Source: an uncultured bacterium
Lineage (GTDB): Bacteria; Krumholzibacteriota; Krumholzibacteriia; JACNKJ01
NCBI GenBank assembly: GCA_964627205.1
Contig: CAZVHI010000007.1
Coordinates: 7,412-71,411, forward strand
Reading direction: 5' to 3'
Length of the DNA: 64,000 bases
Shown here: positions 58,366-64,000 of the stretch, in pieces
How the letters are laid out: each line of letters opens with the position of its first letter
How positions within the stretch are numbered: position 1 is the stretch's first letter
The notes under the pieces: generated by a model
Seen by the model: only the letters and a program-made list of their open reading frames with translations
Databases searched by the model: none
Told to the model about the DNA's origin: nothing
Made by a program: the position numbers and the translations under genes

Positions 58366-61008
58366 GTGACCATGCGCCGCTTCCTTCTCCTCCTCGCGAT
58401 CCCGTTCTTACTGGTTCCCACAGGTGTTGCTTCTGCAGCGTCTCAGCGCGTCGAAGAGGGCGACGGGTCTCTCTCTGCCCGTGTGGAAAGCAGCCTTGCT
58501 CGTCACGTCCAGGGCGAGGAGATCGCCGCCTGGCACGCGACACTCGCGCCGGGCAGCCTGGAACGCGACGCCGCGGACTGGATCCTCGCCTGGCTGCCGC
58601 TCGCAGATCTCGCGGCCCTGGATCTCACGCTGCTGCAGGAGCACGTCATCGTCGCGGCGCAGAGCTATCGCGAGTCTCCCTGGCGGGACGAGCTTCCGCG
58701 CGAGCTTTGGCTGCATTTCGTCGTCCCCCACCGGGTCAGCCAGGAGCCGGCCCAGGCCTGGCGGCGACGCTTCCGCGCGGAGCTACTCCCCCGCATCGAC
58801 GGCGCGCCGGACATGGAACGCGCCGCGCTCGCGGTGAACCGCTGGTGCCGGGAGCAGGCGACCTTCATCTCCACGAGCGGCCGGGACCTCGGCCCGCTCA
58901 CGACAATGGCCCGCGGCCTCGGACGCTGCGAGGAGGAGATGATCCTCACGATCTCGGCGCTGCGCGCGGCGGGGATCCCCGCCCGCAGCTGCGCGACGCC
59001 TTACTGGGCGCACACCGACAACAACCACGCCTGGGTCGAGGCCTGGGCAGACGGCCGCTGGTACTATATCGGCGGCTGCGAGCCCGGCCGCTGCCTGAAC
59101 GATGCCTGGTTCACGAATCCCGCGCGGCGCGCTGGCTTCGTGCGATCGGTGGGCTACGGCGAGTTCGATCCCGCGGGCGAAGAGCTCTACCGCGCCGAGA
59201 AGGGCAGCACGATCATCAACTCGACGAGCGTCTACACCGATCCCTTCACGCTTGCGGTGGCGCTCTACGGAGGCGAGGCGGACGCGCCCCAGATCCACGT
59301 CAACGTGGTCAACTTCGGCTCCCTCCGGCCCATCGCCCGCTTCGATGCGGGCGGCGAGATCGCGCTTGGGCCCGGGGAGTACGCCGTGACCGCGGATCTT
59401 GCGGGTGAGCTGCTGCTCAGCGTCGTGCGCGGCCGTCCGGGCGAGCGGGTGGAGATCGCCCTCTCCGAGGCCGACCGCTACGACCTGGAAGCCTCGCCCG
59501 GCTTCTGGCTGCGCTACCCGGAGGGCGAGCAGGCCCCGCGCCGCGACCTCGAGCTGGTGAGCGAGGAGGATCGGACCCTGCTTAACCTCCGCGTGCGCGC
59601 CCGCGAGGGGGATCGCGAGAAGCTTCGCGTGCCGTCCACGTCCGAACTCGCCGCGCTGGACAGCCTGAACGCAGGCGATCGCGCGCGCGTGGAGGAGATC
59701 TGCACGAAACCCCTGGAGCGCGTCTCGACGATCTTTCTGCTCCTTGATTGCTACCGTTCCGCCGAGTCTCGCGAGGCCCTGCTCGCTTTCCTGGAGCGGG
59801 CTGACGACAAGGACCTGCTCGAGCTGAACGAGATCGCCATCCGCTCCCACGTCGACGCGGCGCTCGCAGTGCGCGGACGTCTGGACTCGATCGGCCTCGC
59901 TGTACCCGATAGCCTTTTCGCCGACCATGTCCTGGCCTGCCGTATCGAGCGCGAGCCCGGCGGCGCGTGGCGGGACGGGCTGCCCCTCATTGATCTGGCG
60001 GAGGACGCCGAGGCGAGCCTGGCGGCACTGCTCGCCGCATTCCGGGCGAGGATGCGGCCTACCGAGAGCGGCTTCTTCGGCCCACCCCTCGATCCCGCCC
60101 AGAGCTGGCGCCTCGGCCTGGGCAGCGACCGCGACCTCGGCATCGCGCTCGCGGGTCTCCTGCGCCGCAACGGTTTTCCCGGCCGATACCGCCACGGGCG
60201 CTGCGAGGTCTGGCTCGGCCAGTGGCGGGAGCTGGATCCCCTGCCAGACGAGGGTGCAGAGGAGGAGGACGCGAGCAGGACGGGACCGGGCCGCCTGGCA
60301 ATCGAGATCACGCGTGGCGGGCTACCCTACGAGCAAGCGGAGTCCTACCGCCACTTCATGGTGTCGCGGCCGGCCGACGGCTACCTGGAGAGCCCGTGGT
60401 GGGATCCCCTCCCCGGCGAGCAGGACTGGGACGCCGGCGACTACCTGCTCTGCTCGGCGATGCGAGTGCCGGGAGGCAGCGTCTATGCTCGGCTGCGTGG
60501 CTTCACCGTGCGGCCGGGGGAGCTCACTCGCGTGAGCCTGCCCGTGGACGTCGATCCCGCAGGCTGGGATCCCGGCGACGCACTGCTCGCGGGGGGCTCC
60601 TCCGACTCGCTGCTGGCGCGGCTCGCCGCCGCAGCGCCGGTCGATGCCGACGGTGCGGCTCTTCCGACGGACGGGTTCTTTCTTCTCTTCGCCCCCGGCG
60701 AGCCCGCGACCCGCATGCTGTCCGCTCTCGGCGAAGCACGCGCCCGCCTGGAAGGGCGGGGAATCCCCCTCCTGCCCGTGCTCGTCGGCCCGGCGGAGGC
60801 GGAACCCTGGACTGCCCGTCTCGCCGACGCGGGCTTCTCCCCCCGCCTATGGCGCGACACCGCCTCATCGCTCGACACGGACGGTGAGGGTGGGAGCTTC
60901 GAGCCGATCGTGATGCTGCGATCCGAGGGAAAGACGGTCCTGCTCCGCCGCGGCTTTGACAGCGCCGTCGGAGCCAGCGCACACTTAGCCTTGGATCTTA
61001 TGGATTGA
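58366..61008 (+). CDS. Secreted transglutaminase-domain protein
   Basis: Signal peptide; FVVPHRVSQE, GRCEEE (Cys), ALRAAGIPAR, NNHAWVE (His). Confidence 0.82.
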   Translation: MTMRRFLLLLAIPFLLVPTGVASAASQRVEEGDGSLSARVESSLARHVQGEEIAAWHATLAPGSLERDAADWILAWLPLADLAALDLTLLQEHVIVAAQSYRESPWRDELPRELWLHFVVPHRVSQEPAQAWRRRFRAELLPRIDGAPDMERAALAVNRWCREQATFISTSGRDLGPLTTMARGLGRCEEEMILTISALRAAGIPARSCATPYWAHTDNNHAWVEAWADGRWYYIGGCEPGRCLNDAWFTNPARRAGFVRSVGYGEFDPAGEELYRAEKGSTIINSTSVYTDPFTLAVALYGGEADAPQIHVNVVNFGSLRPIARFDAGGEIALGPGEYAVTADLAGELLLSVVRGRPGERVEIALSEADRYDLEASPGFWLRYPEGEQAPRRDLELVSEEDRTLLNLRVRAREGDREKLRVPSTSELAALDSLNAGDRARVEEICTKPLERVSTIFLLLDCYRSAESREALLAFLERADDKDLLELNEIAIRSHVDAALAVRGRLDSIGLAVPDSLFADHVLACRIEREPGGAWRDGLPLIDLAEDAEASLAALLAAFRARMRPTESGFFGPPLDPAQSWRLGLGSDRDLGIALAGLLRRNGFPGRYRHGRCEVWLGQWRELDPLPDEGAEEEDASRTGPGRLAIEITRGGLPYEQAESYRHFMVSRPADGYLESPWWDPLPGEQDWDAGDYLLCSAMRVPGGSVYARLRGFTVRPGELTRVSLPVDVDPAGWDPGDALLAGGSSDSLLARLAAAAPVDADGAALPTDGFFLLFAPGEPATRMLSALGEARARLEGRGIPLLPVLVGPAEAEPWTARLADAGFSPRLWRDTASSLDTDGEGGSFEPIVMLRSEGKTVLLRRGFDSAVGASAHLALDLMD

Positions 61009-61062
61009 CAGTGCTATAGAGCGTTCATCTAAGAAGATGCACGATGCGTCAAGGCGCGCGGT

Positions 61063-61566
61063 CTAGAGCTCACCCTTCGGTTCGCCCGTCTCCCCGTCGC
61101 CGAACTGGTCGAGCCAGTAGTCGACCTCCTCGGGGCTGACCTGTTCCGGCTTCTCCCCGGCTGCTTCCTCGCCGGGATCCTCCCTCCGCTGCCGCCGGCG
61201 CAGGGTCGCCACGAGTTCGTCTGCGGGCATCACCCGCGCCCCGAGCGCACGGGCCTCGCGACCGATGTCCTTCTCGTCGCTGCTGACCACGCAGACCTGC
61301 GCGGGATGGGGATGCGCGCGAAGCCTGTCCAGGATCCAGGCGTCGGCGTCGGAGGCGTAGACGAGGTCGATGGGCCCCGGGGCTCGCCCGCGGCCGGCGC
61401 GCGGAGCATCGAAGATCACCGACCAGCGCTCCCCGCTGCGGAAGACGATCGGCGCCAGCAGGCGCAGGAAACGGTCGCGGCACTCCTCGAGGTCGTCCGC
61501 CGCGAGCGCAGCCAGCTCGGGCAAGCGGTGGATCACGTTGAATCCGTCCACCCAGCGCTCGTTCAC
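61063..61566 (-). CDS. NYN (YacP-like) domain ribonuclease
   Basis: VDGFNVI, VIFDA, DADAWI, VVSSD. Confidence 0.8.
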   Translation of the reverse strand: MNERWVDGFNVIHRLPELAALAADDLEECRDRFLRLLAPIVFRSGERWSVIFDAPRAGRGRAPGPIDLVYASDADAWILDRLRAHPHPAQVCVVSSDEKDIGREARALGARVMPADELVATLRRRQRREDPGEEAAGEKPEQVSPEEVDYWLDQFGDGETGEPKGEL

Positions 61567-61949
61567 GCGCCTTCCCCCTCGAGGATCACCACCGCGGCGG
61601 CCATCCCGTCGAGGTCGGTGATGGAGACATGGATGACGTCCACGCCCTGCTCGCGCGCGATCGCGAGGGCGCGGCCGCTCAGCTCGATGCCGGGCTTGCC
61701 CGCACCGTCGTTCACGGTCTCGATCTGACGCCAGCCCAGCCCCCGGCGCAGGCCCGTGCCCAGCGCCTTGAGCAGGGCCTCCTTCGCCGCAAAGCGTCCC
61801 GCATAGCGCGGCCAGGGATCGCGCGCCCGCTCGCAGGCCTCGCGCTCGCGCTCGGTGAAGAGCCGCTCGAGCAGCCTCTGCCCTCTTCTCTCGCAGGCAC
61901 GGCGCAGGCGCGCCGGTTCCGCCAGGTCGATGCCGGTCCCGAGGATCAT
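61563..61949 (-). CDS. acpS: Holo-[acyl-carrier-protein] synthase
   Basis: ILGTGIDL, RLFTERE, AGRFAAKEALLKALGTG, GKP, HVSITD. Confidence 0.95.
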   Translation of the reverse strand: MILGTGIDLAEPARLRRACERRGQRLLERLFTEREREACERARDPWPRYAGRFAAKEALLKALGTGLRRGLGWRQIETVNDGAGKPGIELSGRALAIAREQGVDVIHVSITDLDGMAAAVVILEGEGA

Positions 61950-62045
61950 GCCCCCATGCTAAGGGCAGACAGCCGGTCCTGACAAGTCGCAGCTTGCGCC
62001 GACAAACGATTGCGCGCCCCGGGGGCGCCTGCTACCCTGCGCCGC

Positions 62046-63239
62046 GTGAAAATCCTGGTCCTCAGCCACATGTATCCCCAACCGGGATACGAGCACTACG
62101 GGATCTTCGTGCACGAGCCGCTGCGCGAGCTGCGGAAGCTCGGCCACGAGATCAAGGTGGTCGCCCCCATCCCCCGCACCGTGCCTGGCCTGGGTCTCGT
62201 CAAGCGCGACTGGCGGCGGATCGCGGGGATCCCCGGCCGGCGGGAGCTGGACGGCATCCCCGTCGCGCACCCGCGCTACCTGTTCTGGCCGCGCCGCATC
62301 GACGTGGCGGGCTCCGGGCGGCGCATGGCGCGGGCCGTCCTCGCCCTACCTGGACTGGAAGGCCACGATCTGCTGCACGCCCATGGCGCGTTGCCCGACG
62401 GCGCGGCAGCCCGCCGCATCGCGGCGGCGCTGTCGCTGCCCTACCTCGTCACCTCGCACGGCTCGGACGTGCTGCGCATGGCAGGCTGGTCGCGGCGCTG
62501 CCACGAGGAGATCCGCGCCGCCCTCGCCGGCGCCGAGCAGGTGCTCGTGCCCAGCGGCGCCGCCCGGCGGCGCGCCGAGGAGCGAGGCCTCCCCTGCGAT
62601 CGGATGACCGTGCTCCCGAACGGCTACGCGCGCGAGCTCTTCGCCACGGACGCGCCGCCTCGGAGCAAGGGCGGTCCCCTGCGCGTGCTCGCCGTCGCGC
62701 ACTTCATGCCGTCGAAGCGGCTGGATCTTCTGCTGCGGGCCGTGGCCGCCGTCCGCGAATGCGGCACCCGTCTGGAACTGCAGATCGTGGGCTACGGGCC
62801 CGAGGAGGGTGCGCTGCGCTCCCTCGCGGAGCAGCTCGCGCTGCCCGTGCGCTGGACGCGTTCGCTCCCGCGGCCGGAGCTGGCTGAGGCCATGCGCGCG
62901 GCGCAGATCTTCGCCCTCCCCGCCGAGGGCGAGTCCTTCGGCATCGTCTACCTGGAGGCGATGGCGAGCGGGCTCGCGGTGCTCGCGGTGGCAGGCGAGG
63001 GGATCGCGGACGTGATCACGGACGGCGAGGACGGCCTCCTGCTGCCCGCGGGCGACGGCGCCGCGCTCACAGACGCGCTCACCCGCCTCGCCGGCGACGA
63101 CCAGCTGCGCCGCCGCCTCGGCGAGGCGGCGATCCGGCGCGCGAGCGGCCTGGACTGGGCGCGGCACGCGGCCCGGCTGGAGAGCATCTACGAGGAGACG
63201 CTGCGCGGCGGGCGCGCGCGGGAAGGAACCACATGCTGA
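62046..63239 (+). CDS. Glycosyltransferase family 4 (TuaC-like)
   Basis: GTG start; ILVLSHMYP, LLHAH, VTSHGSD, KRLDLL, ESFGIVYLEAMASG. Confidence 0.9.
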   Translation: MKILVLSHMYPQPGYEHYGIFVHEPLRELRKLGHEIKVVAPIPRTVPGLGLVKRDWRRIAGIPGRRELDGIPVAHPRYLFWPRRIDVAGSGRRMARAVLALPGLEGHDLLHAHGALPDGAAARRIAAALSLPYLVTSHGSDVLRMAGWSRRCHEEIRAALAGAEQVLVPSGAARRRAEERGLPCDRMTVLPNGYARELFATDAPPRSKGGPLRVLAVAHFMPSKRLDLLLRAVAAVRECGTRLELQIVGYGPEEGALRSLAEQLALPVRWTRSLPRPELAEAMRAAQIFALPAEGESFGIVYLEAMASGLAVLAVAGEGIADVITDGEDGLLLPAGDGAALTDALTRLAGDDQLRRRLGEAAIRRASGLDWARHAARLESIYEETLRGGRAREGTTC

Positions 63240-64000
63240 AGCGCAGCCTGGGGGTGGTTCTCCTCAGCCAGTACTTTCATCCCGAGGTGGGCGCGACCCA
63301 GACTCGCCTCCGGGAGATGGCCCGCGCCTGGCAGCGCGCCGGCCACCGCGTCACCGTGATCTGCGAGTTTCCCAACCATCCCCACGGCGTCATCCCGCCC
63401 GAGTACCGGGGCAAGCTCTACGACGAGGACGAGCTGGACGGCTACCGCGTGCTGCGCACCTGGGTGGCCGCGAATCCCGTCAAGACCTACGGCTCGCGCA
63501 TGAGCTTCTACCTCTCTTACGCGGCGCTCGCCTCGCTCGCCGCCTGCCGGCGCCTGGGACGCGTGGACCTGGTCGTCGCGTCCAGCCCGCCGCTGCCGGT
63601 GGGCCTCGCGGGCTGGGCCTTCTCGCGCCTGCGGCGGGCGCCCTTCGTCCTGGATGTGCGCGATCTCTGGCCCGACGCGGCCGTAGCCCTCGGCGAGCTC
63701 ACCAGTCCCCGCGTCATCCGCGCCGCCGAGAGGGCGGAGCGCTTCCTCTATCGGAGCGCGCGCTTTATCACTACGGTCACAGAGGGCTATCGGGACGACA
63801 TCGCCGGCAAGGGCATTCCCCGCGAGAAGATCCTGCTCGCGCCCAATGGCACCATTCCCGAGCTCTTCTCTCCGGAGCGCGCGGATCCCGACCTGAAGGC
63901 GCGGCTGGGCCTGGAGGGCCGCTTCGTCGTCACCTTCGCGGGCCTGCTCGGCCTCTCCCAGGGTCTCGACTTCCTGCTCGACCTGGCGGCGAGCTACCGG
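63233..64000 (+). CDS. Glycosyltransferase family 4 (WbuB-like), 3'-truncated by the window; absent from the ORF track
   Basis: Read manually: MLKRSLGVVLLSQYFHPEVGA...VTVICEFPNHPHG...VVASSPPL...LDVRDLWPD...FAGLLGLSQGL. Confidence 0.88.
   Translation, partial: MLKRSLGVVLLSQYFHPEVGATQTRLREMARAWQRAGHRVTVICEFPNHPHGVIPPEYRGKLYDEDELDGYRVLRTWVAANPVKTYGSRMSFYLSYAALASLAACRRLGRVDLVVASSPPLPVGLAGWAFSRLRRAPFVLDVRDLWPDAAVALGELTSPRVIRAAERAERFLYRSARFITTVTEGYRDDIAGKGIPREKILLAPNGTIPELFSPERADPDLKARLGLEGRFVVTFAGLLGLSQGLDFLLDLAASYR

Noticed and set aside
61006-61052. TTGAC...CATCT-AAGA-AGATG...GTCAA nested symmetry between convergent genes
   Set aside because: The pairing is short and interrupted; at most a weak terminator.

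Overview
A high-GC bacterial chromosomal window with about 50 mostly housekeeping or envelope genes. No tRNA, rRNA, CRISPR array, transposase or prophage gene was recognised. The secreted-protein repertoire (a gingipain-like C25 peptidase with a FlgD/T9SS-type C-terminal domain, lipoproteins, a protein ending in a short TExxSFxxIxxLY tail) suggests an uncultured FCB-related lineage such as Krumholzibacteriota or Latescibacterota; this is inference only. Main blocks: (1) secreted enzymes and lipoproteins (1-16.7 kb); (2) tldD/pmbA, and a ParA ATPase fused to a glycogen-binding CBM48-like domain followed by three uncharacterised genes, one resembling a P-loop-dead MinD/ParA paralogue (16.8-23 kb); (3) a translationally coupled 7-gene operon: permuted SpoIVB/S55 peptidase, beta-propeller, DUF1611, dipeptide epimerase, TIGR00725, GT-C glycosyltransferase, DUF212 (23.2-31.4 kb); (4) a complex I operon reading nuoA-C-E-F-H-J-K-L-M-N, with nuoB, D, G and I cleanly absent (31.5-41 kb); (5) a UvrD helicase with an inserted DEDDh exonuclease, a SAM hydrolase and a TrmH-family methylase (41-49 kb); (6) an ArsR-led polysulfide/thiosulfate reductase cluster with two tandem, diverged PsrC/NrfD anchors, two YeeE/YedE proteins (one rhodanese-fused) and mobA (49.3-56.7 kb); (7) xth, a transglutaminase-domain protein, NYN protein, acpS and two GT4 glycosyltransferases. 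Best leads: the ParA-CBM48 module, the B/D/G/I-less nuo operon and the duplicated PsrC with an altered quinone-site residue. Several start codons were moved from the ORF track using RBS and stop/start overlap evidence. All family calls are by motif recognition, not database search.
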